Shown one piece after another: positions 1 to 13,805 of a stretch of 64,000 bases of DNA. The position numbers were made by a program, and so were the translations under genes. Under the pieces are notes generated by a model that made no database searches, was not told the DNA's origin, and saw only the letters and a program-made list of their open reading frames with translations. Source of the stretch: Eledone cirrhosa (Eukaryota); assembly GCA_964016885.1 (NCBI GenBank), contig OZ024741.1, forward strand, positions 42,780,001-42,844,000, in the 5' to 3' direction. Numbering within the stretch: the stretch's first letter is position 1; each line of letters opens with the position of its first letter.

Positions 1-32
<32 letters not shown>

Positions 33-224
33 ATATATACATACATATATATATATACCCACATACATACTTACATGTGCATATACCTACAGACGCACAC
101 ACCACAACAAAAACGTGTGGCCCATATTTAGGTGTGCAGACTACTGTGACCTCCGTAAGATCACAAGGGAAATCTCTAATTCAAACCAAGTTCAAAAGAT
201 TTTCTTTTGTTTTTCTTTTCTCTA

Positions 225-900
<676 letters not shown>

Positions 901-1029
901 CGTGCATCTGTGTACGTGCGTGTGATATTTATGTGTGTAAAAGTCTTTTATGTATTTAACCATATGTACGGATTGTTGCCATATTACGGAAACCGCAAAT
1001 GGTCCACAGTAATATCGATATTCCTGGGT

Positions 1030-1303
1030 ATACGAGGGTCGGCTGAAAAGTTCCTAGGCCAATTGATTATGAAGAATTGATGTAAGGCTGTGGAATCTTG
1101 CCTGCATTAATTCCGAATCTTCTTATTAATAGCTGCCTTGTTTCTTTCCATGAACTATGTTGAAAAACACACCTCATTTCGTCATTCCATGAGATTAACT
1201 TGATCAGCTTATGAAAGACTGATGCTAGTGAATATGTTGAAAAATAAACCCCATTTGGTCATTCGATGAGAGTATCTTGGTCACCCTATCAACTTTTCAG
1301 TCG
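1030..1303. mobile_element. Degenerate mariner-type MITE
   Basis: Begins TACGAGGGTCGGCTGAAAAGTT; partial inverted end AACTTTTCAGTCG near 1291-1303; related copy at 45662-45838. Confidence 0.6.
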
Positions 1304-1526
1304 TTATCCATGGCTTCTACTTAGAGGCCGTTAAGAATCGAATAATCAACCTTCATAACAAATCATACCGATCGATTCTTTAAGACCTTCACAGGGATAC
1401 ACCCTTGAAAATGGGTTTTTAAACACGTAAGTAATTGGGATAATTAAATTTGCTAAGGTAAGATTCTATTGTTATCTTGGCACGTTTAATTTTCTAATAC
1501 ATATTATGTTTTTCAAAATTATTTAA

Positions 1527-1560
<34 letters not shown>

Positions 1561-1563
<3 letters not shown>

Positions 1564-1680
1564 CCTGATCACCTTGACCGACCAGTCTGTCAGGCGCCAT
1601 TCGGCGCCGCTGGTCACAGCACGTGCTGTTTTAGCCATACGATGACGCCATCCCACTGGCTGGGCGGGCAGGCCGGAGAA
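1561..1680 (-). mobile_element. Unclassified GC-rich retroposon/SINE 3' fragment in (TA)n
   Basis: 120-bp GC-rich insert bounded by (TA)n on both sides; no ORF. Strand is tentative. Confidence 0.35.
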
Positions 1681-1700
1681 TATATATATATATATATATA

Positions 1701-1853
1701 TTTATTAAAATAACAGATTAAAGTTTAAGCAAAGAATCGCTGCTTTCACCCTTAACGGGATCTTCTGAAACTAACCTTAAGCAGCGATACGTTGCTTAAA
1801 CTTTAATCTGTTATTTTAATAAATATTTGCTCTACGGTTCAAATGTATTATGA

Positions 1854-1857
<4 letters not shown>
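1701..1857. mobile_element. Fold-back Penelope-like remnant in (TA)n
   Basis: Inverted arms 1701-1745 and 1779-1823, a short unpaired tail, and a hammerhead motif. Confidence 0.65.
1722..1772 (-). ncRNA. Type I hammerhead ribozyme motif with one core substitution
   Basis: agttt-CAGAAGA-tccc gttaa gggt-GAAA-gca...tgc-TT-aaact. Stems I-III can form; CUGA reads CAGA. Confidence 0.55.
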
Positions 1858-1896
<39 letters not shown>

Positions 1897-1899
<3 letters not shown>

Positions 1900-2135
1900 T
1901 TGGCACAAAACAAAGAAAAAAATCCCCAGTCACTGAAACGGTCACAGAATGTGTGACGAAAGAACTTTGACAATATATGAACAACCGTCCGGTTGTGGAA
2001 CCAACCAACCAACCAACCAACCGCAAATTTATAAATTCTTAAATTTATAAATTGAATTTATAATAAATTGGAGTGAAAGAAATTGGTGCGTGTGGTTTCC
2101 CATTGGCAACATGACCCTCCCAAAGTATAACAATA
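1897..2135 (+). mobile_element. Penelope-like pLTR remnant with degenerate hammerhead (1929-1971)
   Basis: gtca-CTGAAACG-gtcaca gaatg tgtgac-GAAAGAACTT-tgac. The GAAAGAACTTTGA motif and the 3' end ATGACCCTC..AAGTATAACAATAT are shared with the element at 46372-46898. Confidence 0.5.
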
Positions 2136-2164
2136 TATATATACATATACATATATATATATAT

Positions 2165-2380
2165 TTCTAACGATCGACTTTCGTTAAATCGGACCGTGGA
2201 AACAGTGTTTCTATTGGTCTTTCCAATTGCTAATACTATCTATCGGTCGCAACTCCAGGTAGAAGGAGAAACGTGAAATAAAGTGTCTTGCTCAAGGACA
2301 TAACGCATCGCCCGGTCCAGGAATCGAACTCTCAACCTCACGATTGTGAATCCAGTTCTCTAACCACTCAGCCATACGCC
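2165..2380 (-). mobile_element. tRNA-derived SINE (TGTCCTTGAGCAAGACACTT central domain)
   Basis: Minus strand has A-box TGGCTGAGTGG and B-box GTTCGATTCC. Related copies at 17545-17860 (+), 51235-51510 (+) and ~53280-53430 (-). Confidence 0.75.
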
Positions 2381-2496
2381 ATATATGTATATCTATATAT
2401 CTATAATTTGTAATACACGAAGCCAAATTTTACATATTTAACTTAATTATTTTATATATAATATATATATATATATTTTATATATAATATATATAT

Positions 2497-2706
<210 letters not shown>

Positions 2707-2714
2707 CGTGTGTA

Positions 2715-3014
2715 TAATGGTAGCTATGGTGCTTCCATAGGCGGTATGCCAAATTTAGCACTCAATATTCTTACAGAGCAGAGTGTAAATAGTATAAGAA
2801 AACGAAAAATCACTGATGCACCTGGACTCAGTTTATTGCGTGTTACTTTCGCCGGCATGTAGCTCGAGACTTGATCACTGTATGGATTATTGTATGGATC
2901 TAGCTGAATCAGCTAGATCCATACAGTGATCATGTCTCGAGCTACCTGCCGGCGAAACAATTGTAACACGCAATAAACTGAGTCCAGATAGCTCACTAAT
3001 TTTTCGTTTTTTTA

Positions 3015-3018
<4 letters not shown>
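2715..3018. mobile_element. Fold-back Penelope-like remnant in (TA)n
   Basis: Imperfect inverted arms centred near 2905; hammerhead 3' half GAAACAATTGTA at 2954-2965; homologous segment at 17235-17400. Confidence 0.55.
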
Positions 3019-3071
<53 letters not shown>

Positions 3072-3213
3072 TATTTATTTGTGTGTATATACATAAGAAG
3101 AAAAACAGAGAGATCGAGAGAAAGGAAGAGAAAGAGAGTGAGAAACGAAGTGAGAGAGCACATGAAAGAGAGAGAGGAAAGGACAATTAGAGAGTTAGAG
3201 AATGAGAAAGAGA

Positions 3214-3307
<94 letters not shown>

Positions 3308-3494
3308 GTGTGTGTGAGTGTGTGTGTGTGTGTGTGTGAGGATGTGAGAGAGAGAGAGAGACAAAGTATCCACTGAAGCCACGCTAATGATAGAATTAAC
3401 GAATAAGGAAATGAATGTTATTAAAACATAAATACATAAAAACAATCGGAAACGAAGATCATTACCCTAACAATAACTACAAGAACAATACTTC

Positions 3495-3960
3495 CACCAT
3501 CGCACCAGCACACTACAATTGCACCACCACACCACCATCATTACCGCTTCCACCACCATCACTACCACTTCCACCACACCACCATCATTTACCATTTCCA
3601 CCGAGTTACTACCACTGCCACACCACCATCGCTACCACTTCCACCACTGCACTACCATCACTACCACCATCGCACCACCATCCCTACCACCGCACCTCCA
3701 TCCCTACCACTTCCACCACCATCCCTACCACCGCATCTCCATCACTACCACCGCCACACCATTATCCCTACCACTGCACCACCATCATTACTACTTTCAC
3801 CACTATCACTACAACTTTCACCAATATCTCCACCACCGCACCACCATCATTACCACTTTCACTACCATCACCATCTCCACCCCACCATCACTACCATGTC
3901 CACCACCATACCCCAACCCCGCCACCAACATCAACAACAACATCAACATCAACAACAGCA
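3495..3960. repeat. Degenerate CAC/ACC-rich minisatellite
   Basis: Variants of ccaccatcactaccacttccaccactgca; produce Pro/Thr/His-rich pseudo-ORFs. Confidence 0.85.
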
Positions 3961-4659
3961 TTGCATTTCGAAATGTCGGTACACAAACTATAATTGTGTT
4001 AGGATGGTTTGGAATCGATTGAGTGTAAGTCAATCGAACGTTGGTTACAACAAAACATGTTACCAACCCCAGAATCAAGATTTCCAGATCTACTAATTAA
4101 TACTAAATTTCATGTTGCCTGCCTCACAGAAAATATAAACAGCGAATTAACTCCCAACTCATACTGCTACTAACACCGGAAAATTACCAACACTGTATAC
4201 TATCAAACACTTGGATGTTTCAGCTATTTAATTATTGTAACATCTGCATCGAGTTAGTTGGTAAATATATAGGAAGGCTCTCGATGAGGCGGATCTATTG
4301 GGGAGGTACACTCACTAGTGCACACACAGAGACAATTACACATATACACATAGACACTCACACACATACATACCCTCTTACAAACACATACACGCACACT
4401 GTTACTTGTTCACACACACGCAAACGACACACCCCCTCTTCGCATATGTTATCGCGGGTTAAACTTTACAGTGGCACTTTGAAAAGGTTACTTCTATTAT
4501 AACCTCGCTTTGCCTACTGTCTTGTGAGAGAATTTTGATAGACGCAAACTGTACAAAGACTGTGTGTGGCTTTCTCGATACAACAAGCTGCTAATTTGAC
4601 CCAATTATATCTCTCTAGCTAATGTGTAAAAGAGGACTCCACTACCACCACCAACAGCC

Positions 4660-5279
4660 GTGGAGTACATATCCCTCCCAGACGCCACAGAATCCGACAT
4701 GGAGTTTGAGGCGGGAGTGAAGTGGCAAACGGTCTGCCACAGAAAACAAAAAAGAAAAAAACCCTTAGATTCACCCTCCAAAAGCGAAGGCATACAAAGG
4801 GGGGTAAAGGCAGCAAGGAAACTTGCAGCAACACCACCACCCTCACCACCACAAGCACCACTGACAACAACAACCACACCACCACCAGCATCACCAAAAA
4901 CACCAACAACGCAAACACAACAAGACACACACACCAAGGAGCAACAAGAAGAAACAGCAACAAAATCACCCCTCCCCCCTAAAAAGTACACAGCCATAAA
5001 CATGGCAAAAAAAGAACTCATACAATATATAAAGCAACACACAGACATCACAGGAAAAAATTACTACACACCACCAACAGCAAGAACTCTCCCGACAAAA
5101 ATAAGCATCATCGAAATTTCAATAGAACAGTACAAACCTTTAAAACAAAAATTCCCCAACGCAGTTGGAGACTTCAGAGTGTCGGTTACCAAGAGGATAT
5201 ACACTGACATCCTCTTGTAAACACCCATGACCAGCGAAAGGGACGGTTCTACTGTCCCTTCACCACACGAACAAGGTAA
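4660..5279 (+). pseudogene. Tx1 ORF1 C-terminal part
   Basis: Aligns with ORF1 of the minus-strand copies (W-x-T-V..KKK, YTA.N, KFP..GDF); internal stop at 5218-5220. Confidence 0.75.
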
Positions 5280-5315
5280 GTGACCCTTTCTCACTTGTCC
5301 TGTTTCTCATCCAAC

Positions 5316-8300
5316 ATGGCCGTACTCAGAATAAGCAGTATAAATGCACGTGGCCTGGGGTCATCTTGGAAGCAGGGTAATCTGCTCAACGACCTCAGGT
5401 CACTAAACATAGATGTGGTGGCCATCAGTGAACCAGAATCTCCGAAGCACAAGCCTTCGCACCGATATTCGGCGGCTACGATGTATACGCATCTCCCAGC
5501 TGTCCAGGATCGGGAGAGGGGTTGCCGTCCTTTTTTGGAGAGGCTTGGATCTCGCGATACGGGCCATCTTCCTATACCCGGAAGATAAGTCGGTGGTGCT
5601 GGACGTGACCGGCAGCGAAGGCAATGCTTTCAGGCTAGTAGCCGTCTACGCCCCAAAAGGGGCAGGACGGCTAGATTTCTTCAGACGTCTAGAGCCCTTT
5701 CTTGGAACGTCCCGCTCTTTAGTGTTAGTGGGCGACTGGAACGGTATCTTGGATGCACGCTGGTATCGTGTGGGGCTAGTGGATAGGGGAGGAGGGTGCA
5801 AGAGCCTCACCAACCTGCTCAGACGTTTTGAACTTTCTGACAGGTATCGACTGGATCAGCCAAATGTGCCAATGTGGACATGGAAAAACCGCATCCGGTC
5901 ATCCAGATCGTATCTCGATAGGGTATTCTGCAGAGAACTAGATAAGGCTAGTATAAGTTGTCCACAATTTAAAATAGTCGACTACACAGACCATAAATTT
6001 TGTGATCTGTGAGATCGACATAAACAGACTTCATAGACAAGGGCCTGGTTACTGGAAGCTGAGCGCGTCTTTCCCGGCGCTTAAAGCCTACAGAGACCGG
6101 ATTAGCGTATTAGTTAAGCGGGCGTTGACGGGAGCGGTCGTCAACAACAGGTGGTGGTTCGCCCTGAAAAGGGCAATTAAAGTAGAGTCGATTAGGTTTA
6201 GCAAAGGAGTAGTTATAGGGGAAAATAGAGTAGAGGGAGAGCTAGTCAGAAAGCTAGAAGAGGCGTTTAGGACAGGCATCGCAACCGACGTGCTTGCGGC
6301 GAGATTGGCACTCGACCAATTCTTCAACGCAAAACACGAAGGCTGCGTTGTCAGAGCTAGAGCGCGTGCTCTGAAACACGAGGGGACAAAAGCCGTCCAA
6401 TGGGCCCGGGTGGCAGAGGCGCGACGTTGCAACAAAGCCACAATTCGGTCTTTGTCTGACCAAAACGGGTGCGTGATGCTTGAACCCTAGCGGATGTGTG
6501 AAGCTTTTCCGCAGCACTTTGCTGAACTGTTCGGGAGCGGCGGCTTCGCTGACCGGGGCATGGACTTCAGTGCATACCTCGACGGACTGCCTCGGCTCTC
6601 GACGACCGCAGCACAGTGTTGCGAAAAGCCAATAACAGCCAGTGAAATACGGGAAGCGATGGCTAACTGCACAAGGGGTAAATCGCTAGGTTTCGATGGT
6701 CTGCCCTACGAGCTTTATGCATTTATGCCAGACTTGTTCGGTGACATCTTGGCAGCCGTCTACTGCAACTGGCAGCAGAACGGGAGCATTCCCAGTTGTG
6801 TGGGCCGGGGAGCAGTGGCGCTGCTGAGAACAGACCCGAACAAGGGGGATGTTATCGATAATTTCAGGCCCATAACCCTGCTAAACGCAGTGTTCAAGAT
6901 TTTGGCCAAGGTGTTAGCAACGAGGTTGGCGCTTGTCGTCAAGGGTCTGGTGAGAGAGGCGCAGACATGCGCCATTCCGGACAGATCCATACACGACAAC
7001 CTCCACCTCATGCGATAAATCATAGAGAGGCTGGTTAAGGAACCTGGCACGGGTGGGGCCCTGGTCAGCTTGGATCAATCCAAAGCATTCGATAGGGTCG
7101 ACCTTCGGTACCTGGCGGCGGTCCTCGAGGCAGCCAGTTTCGGATCCTTTTCAGGAGCTGGATCGCAGCAATGTACAGCGACATCTGCTCAGTTGTGAGG
7201 GTGAACGGTCACCTGTCGCAGCCGTTCAGCATCATGCGCTCTGTCCGCCAGGGTTCTCCCCTCTCGTCCCTCTTGTACGTATTGGCTCTCGAGCCGTTAC
7301 TGCACAAACTGGGGGCGATGAGGGGCGTCCCACGCGAACTAGGATGCGGGAAATCCGTGTCGGCTTACGCTGACGACGTCACCGTGGTGGTGTCGAGCAC
7401 CAGACACGTCCAGATGCTCGGCACCGCTCTCAAGGAATACGAAGCGGTGACAGGAGCAATTATAAACCAGGAGCAAATATAAACCAGGAAAAGTCGGTGG
7501 GCTTGCAGCTCGGCACCTGGAGAGAAAAGTCCATGCCGTCCGACAGTGTCGTGGGGCGTTGGACGGACGGACCGGTTAAATTGCTTGGAGTCTGGTTCGG
7601 ACCGGACCTCCAGATGGAGAAAAAGTGGAACGAGGTGACGTGCAGGGTGGCCTCCCTCACCCAGAAATGGGCTGAAAGGACGGGCGGAGGTGGCGAATGC
7701 GTACATCGCATCCGTCATCTGCTACCGCTTCACCGTCGTCCCTTGCTCCAGCCCAACTCTCACCAAAATGGAGCGCCTCCTCTTCCGCTTTTTGTGGAAG
7801 GGACGCGCTCCCATGGTCAGACGATCCATCTGCTGTCAAAACCCGTTGCGTGGAGGACTGGGCATGCCATGGCTGATGATGCGCAAACATGCGCTGAGGC
7901 TGCGACATCTCTGGTGCTTACTTGATGGTGAACAGGTGTGGTCCCCGTTCGCCAGGCACGTTTTCCCACAGCACATCTCCTTGACGGAGCTGCAGTCCTG
8001 GGTCAGAAAAAGACCGAGGGATAGCGCTTGGAAACTGGAATATCTCCAGGCGCTCACTGCCCTCTGCCAGCTGGGCATCAGTATCGGTTGAACATCCACC
8101 TCGGCGTTCTATAGAGGACTAGTGGAGGGGAAGAGCGACGACATTCTCGGAGGGATCCTGGGCGTCGAAGAAGATCAGCTGTTTTCTCTCTTCCGGAGAA
8201 CTTTCAGCCCGGGGCCTATGGATACATCCCTGGCCTGGCAGTGCTACCGGGGAGCGCTGCCGGTTCGAGATAAGCTCTACAGGTTTTTCAAGTTTCACTT

Positions 8301-8463
8301 GAAGAGGAAAATCATGGTGGAGAGGCAAGTGCTGCCTTCTAGCAAGTTTGTTGAAATGTGGGTGAATGTAGCGAGAATGGTCCGAGTGAACGGGACCGCT
8401 CTGTATATACGTCTGAATATACGTCTGAATATATGTCTGAATATACTCTGAATATACGTCTGA
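5316..8463 (+). pseudogene. Tx1 ORF2 (AP endonuclease + reverse transcriptase), disrupted
   Basis: SINARGL, VYAP, GDWN, YLDR, TDH (APE); FRPITLLN, KAFDRV, RQGSPLS, YADDV (RT); several frameshifts and stops; zinc-finger region deleted near 8283. Confidence 0.92.
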
Positions 8464-8820
8464 GAAATGGAAACATTGAGAGAGGGCGCTTGCCCTGGTG
8501 GTCAGGGTGGCCGTGGTCTTCTGTGTGGTTTTCGTCACGAGTAACCCTCGGAGGTTTTCCCCCTGTTGGGGAATTTTTCATTGTTTCAATTTTCATTTTT
8601 ATTGTTTATATATATGTTTATATGTCCTTTTTTTTCTTTTCTTATATAAATAATAAAAAAATATTTACACGCACAAAACCCACATCGTACCGTCCTGTAC
8701 CGTCCTGTGCCGTCTGTAATGTTTTTCTTGATGTCAGCCCTTGTGGCCAATAAAGAAATCATTATTATGATACCACCCTAATAATAATAATAGTAAAGAA
8801 ATAATAATAATTATCATTAG

Positions 8821-9045
8821 GGCGGTGGATTGGCAGTATCGGTAGAACGTCGATTTGCGGCATGGAGTTACGGTCCTTTATGATCCGTGTTCAAATCCTG
8901 TCAAGGTTAGCTTTGCCTTTCTTCCTTACGGGGTCGATAAAATAAAGTACCAGTAATGCACTGAGGTCGATTTGATCGACTTTTCCCTCCCTCCAAAATT
9001 GTTGGCCTTGTGCCTCAATCAGAAATCATTACTATTATTATTATT
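8821..9045 (+). mobile_element. tRNA-derived SINE with Nin/Deu-like domain
   Basis: B-box GTTCAAATCC; GCCTTTC.TCCTTACGGGGTCGATAAAATAAAGTACCAG core; 3' CCTTGTG-N8-AGAAATC then (ATT)n. Confidence 0.8.
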
Positions 9046-10078
9046 TAATAGTTTAATCAGTGGGAGAAGGGCTTCATCCATGATCACCTTTAGAGCCTGC
9101 GAATCTGCTGGAGGCAAATTATCTCCATATCTGAGAAATGGTTCAAATGCTTGTAAAGATTTGGCCTGTACGAAGGTACCAAATCGGCCAAGATGTCATG
9201 CTATACCAGAAAAAAATGAGTTCAATTTACACCCAATTTACTACCAGGACTACTAATACCACTATTTGTTGAAGTAGTTTTGTTTCTATTAGTCATTGTT
9301 GGTGTAGATATAGAGCAGGAAACTAAACGTTTTAGACCATCGACCCCATCATGGAATACTTGACCGCTCATTGACCCCTGGCATGTACAAAAATAAATAA
9401 GTAAATAACATCAGTAAACAGAATATAAAATAAAAAGAGACTTTAAAATCTAATTATATATAAATCGGAGACCTGTATCATCAAGATGTATTTTATTGTA
9501 TCATTTTAAATATATTCATCTCTTATCCTAATATCAGGCTTTAGTCCAATTGTTCAATCGACACCTTGGGTAGAATTATCGATTCCTGAGGCTCGATATT
9601 AACTTTGGATATAGCAGATATGGAGTTACTGAAACTGTTTTGTTTTTTTATTATATAATCCTGTAATTTTCACATTATTTATGTTAGTTTGAAACACTGT
9701 GTCTATATGAGCAGCGCTAGATATTTATTATTCATTATTTAGTCATAATTCCCAAAAGAGAAGAGCGTACTAATTCGAGATGGTAATCGTTGAAAGAATG
9801 TGACAGAAATGGATTGATGGGTTTTAATTTGTTGTGAGATTCGCTCTATTAAACATTGTTTGTGTTAATTATTTGAGTGTTTATCAATTTACTGTGACTG
9901 CTCGCGCTAATTATAGTGTGGACGATGCAAAAGAAGGTGATATATTGATATTATCATTATCATTAACAACATTATTATCACCACCATCACTGCTACCATC
10001 TTCATCGATACTACTAAATATAGCGCCAATATTTTTTTCTGTAAATGTATTTCTCGTATAGTCACAGTAACTAATTCA

Positions 10079-10640
10079 GTGGATATCAATGGCTTTTCTT
10101 CGCAACGTCGTTTCGCCATCTTATCCACGTATAGCCCTGGGTGCTCTCTTCAGTTACATTCCCGCTATTTTATCGTCGGAAATCAATGGTTGTCCTTCCT
10201 CTGCGGCAGCATGTCCGTCATTATATCTGGATATTGCCTTTTTCTTCTCCACGGCAACGCTTGCACTATTATATCCATGGATATTGCTATCTATTCTCCG
10301 TGGTAACGTCGTATCAGCAGATATCACTGCCATGGCAATATTTCCGTTACCATACCAACGAATATCAATTGCTGTGCTCCGTGGCAACGTTTTCATTATA
10401 CTATCTGTGCATATCACTGGCTGTTCTCCACAACAACCTTCCCGTTATCTTATGCGTGGATATCGCTAGCTCTTCTCCTAAGAAACCTTATCGTTATCTT
10501 TTACGTGGATATCGCTAGCTCTTCTCCGCAGAAACCTTCCCGTTATCTTATTTGTGGATATCGTTAGCTGTTATCCGCAGCTCTTTTCAACATGTTATCC
10601 GTAGATATTACTTACAATCTTCCGCGTCGACATTTCTGCC
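10079..10640. repeat. Degenerate ~48-50 bp minisatellite, about 11 units
   Basis: GTGGATATC recurs (e.g. ~10457, ~10505, ~10554), each time followed by variants of gctagctcttctccgcagaaaccttcccgttatct. Confidence 0.8.
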
Positions 10641-11392
10641 ATTATGCCCGCAAGTGTAGCTAAAATACGTTGTCCAGCCATTTTGTTTTTATTTTTTATT
10701 TGTCTTACATTTAATTGTGTTTCAGGAGTACCAAATATAAATTTTGCAATTTCATCAGAATTATTAATACCAGCTTAAATTTCCTTCACTTTTATCTAAA
10801 AATTCCAATTTCAATTCATGAAAGCATCTCAATTTTATTAATCTGAAATTGTAAACTAAAGAAAACAAATTTAAAAAAATGGAAACATAAAATCGGTCAG
10901 CGCAATATGCATCATATGCATCATTGGCAAATCGAACATCGATATTAAAAACCCCGTCATTAAAATTTATCAAACACCTAAATTTCGTTTGGCATCCATA
11001 AATATTGACGTTTCTTAACGATATTTGAACTATGAACCACAGCATAATACAATTCCTTACGCTAAGTTAGCATCATGTAAACAGGTCACCTGACGCGAGA
11101 GTAAGCAGGTTCAATGAAAAAAAATATATATATGATGAAATACAATAAGAAAATCAAAGTAAAAACGGACTCAAAACTCCCCAATTTAAGACCGAGTTCA
11201 TATAACGTTATGAAGAAAAGATCTGAGTATTTGACAGATATGGGGAAAAATATTATCTATGATCATTGATAAATTCATTATTATTGTTTTGGTAATGTTG
11301 TTGTTGGTATTGTAGTTGTTGTCACTATTATATCTATACACATATATACGTATATATGTGCCAAATGTGTTTCACACATCAATAAATATAAT

Positions 11393-11578
11393 TGTTTCTA
11401 CTTTTTGGCACACGGCCAGCAATTACCCAGTACATTACTAGTACTTTATTTTATCGACCCCGCAAGGATGAAAGGCAAAGTTAACCTCGGCGGGTTTTGA
11501 ACTCAGATCATAAAGGGACATAACTATGCCAGAAAACATGGCGTCTGACCCTCTACCGATACTGCCAATTCACCACCC
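11393..11578 (-). mobile_element. Nin-like SINE
   Basis: Same core as 8821-9045; flanked by direct repeat AAATATAAT. Confidence 0.8.
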
Positions 11579-11671
11579 AAATATAATGAAGATCTCGCAC
11601 CTCGTCCTATTTATTATATATACATACAAATATATATACATATATATATATATATATGTGTGTGGGTGTGT

Positions 11672-11753
<82 letters not shown>

Positions 11754-12689
11754 CATGCGGATATATATATATATATAAATATGTAGTGATAGATAGATAG
11801 ATATGCATGATTTCTTCTGCCCTTTTTGTAAAAGACAATAACTTATTTCGTGTGAACTAATTTGTTTTCTTCGTGTTCTCCATGAATATATCTCCATGAA
11901 TATATTAAGGAACCGTAGGTGTATTTTCAAATCTTTAGTACATTTCATATATATATCAAATCGTCGAAACTGCAGGTGGTCTGAAAGCTGATGAGTGTAT
12001 TTAAAAATTTGTAATCTCCTATCATGAATTCTATATCTTCCTTCCTATCAATTCTTCGACCCCTCCTTCCTTTCAATTCACTTTGAACTGCTGATGTCCA
12101 TCCCCGGAGGTAATATTTTACGCAACGTCGTTTCGACGGCATTTTTCTGTTTTAAGAGCTTCCTTACGCCGAGTGTTTCTATTTTCATACGAATTCTAAT
12201 ATACTGGATATTCAAAACTCGACATTCGAGTTAATTTTATTTATATTTTTTTTTTTCCACATGTGCGTTTATTTTAATAACCACGCATGATGTTAAACTA
12301 ACCTGCTTCTAAATTCCCTTTTTGGCATATTACCAGTGAGACCTTGGTTACCATGTTGAGCTCTGCTGATGAACGAAATCCAACCGTGACCATCCCCACT
12401 GAAAGTTTTCGTGAAATAGTCTGTTCAAGACTATACAGAGCATTGGAAGTTGTCCCAAATTGAAGGTTGAGTACTTTAGCTTTGTTTTATCATGAGTTAA
12501 GGCTCTATTGATTTTTCCCTGGATTTCTCTAAATTCTGTTGGATAAATCTATATACTGATTCCTTTTGAATTGAGTCTGAATTATTTTTCCCATATCTTA
12601 TGCTAACTATTTTCGCATTTTGACGCTATAGTCACATATATGTTATGGAATACTGTTAGCTTCTCGCTACAGCAATTTCTATACTTTTC

Positions 12690-12783
<94 letters not shown>

Positions 12784-12890
12784 TCATGACCCCGACGGCT
12801 GAGCTCCAGCCTATTACCAACTCTACTACTCTAAGTATCGAGTACTCTGGTGCGTTATGGTCTACTTGGTATCCTAACACACCTTCTTTG

Positions 12891-12994
<104 letters not shown>

Positions 12995-13050
12995 ATGATT
13001 TTTGATTACACTGGGTGAGTCTTATAGATTTATATTTCATTTTAAGATGG

Positions 13051-13108
13051 CCGAACTGAGGAGATGAGAGGGTCTATAATACTCAGCTAGTGAAACACGT
13101 GTATTTGG
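13051..13108 (+). ncRNA. Minimal type I hammerhead ribozyme motif
   Basis: ccgaa-CTGAGGA-(weak stem II)-GAAACACGTGTA-tttgg; palindromic stem III, GUA site; inside a ~210-bp insert between microsatellites. Confidence 0.6.
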
Positions 13109-13231
13109 AAAATATACTGGTGAGATAATAAAAAAAAATATGTAACACAGCATGCCCCACGGTTTAAGAGCTTTACCAGCTTTGGGTATTTATTACGAAA
13201 TTCAACTACACTATATATATATATATATATA

Positions 13232-13805
13232 TGAATGTATATATAGTGTATTTTGCAATACACTGTATGCTTAATTAAAAGCATTTTGAAGACCCTACGC
13301 TATTGATTTAAAGTAGCGACATTGTCGCTTACTTAAATTTTCGGCAGACAGGGGGAGATAAGTTGACAGCGCTATTTCGTACTAATTGGTACTTGTCAAA
13401 AATCAGTACTCTCCCCGTCTGCCGAAAATTATGTGTGTTGGATTCTTATAGAATTTCAGTAACAATGAGGAACTGATTTTACAGAGCGTTCTCCGGCCCA
13501 GCAGAAATTGAAAATTAGAATTGGTGCTCTAAAATAGCGATATATATATGAATGTATATATAGTGTATTTTGCAATACACTGTATGCATAATTAAAAGCA
13601 TTTTGAAGACCATACGATACGCTATTGTTTTTATAGTAGCGACATTGAGTTTTGACAAATTTAAGTAAGTGACTATGGCGCTACTTTAAAACAATAGCGT
13701 ATGGTCTTCAAAATGCTTTTAATTAAGCATACAATGTTTTGCAAAATACACTATATATACGTTCATATATATATATCGCTATTTCAGAACACCAATTCTA
13801 ATTTT
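13232..13805. mobile_element. Penelope-like pLTR remnant with direct plus inverted repeats
   Basis: 13232-13325 is repeated at 13550-13647 and inverted at ~13660-13805; degenerate hammerhead on the minus strand at 13361-13404 (TTGACAA gtac..gtac GAAATAGCGCTGTC). Confidence 0.6.

Larger units (their letters stand above)
4625..8760 (+). mobile_element. Tx1/L1-clade LINE, 5'-truncated and degenerate
   Basis: 3' part of ORF1, then ORF2 with APE and RT motifs; 3' end CCTTGTGGCCAATAAAGAAATC followed by ATTATT; homologous to the copies at 27173 and 38836. Confidence 0.92.

Noticed and set aside
3415-4022. Pro-rich and His-rich ORFs resembling extensin or metal-binding proteins
   Set aside because: They come from a degenerate CAC-rich repeat that is open in several frames, with no splice or domain support.
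10079-10640. Possible CRISPR-like array
   Set aside because: Whole units are homologous, with no unique spacers and no cas genes, in a eukaryotic context.
12367-12380. CTGATGA-AC-GAAA hammerhead-like core
   Set aside because: No stem II and no convincing stems I or III.
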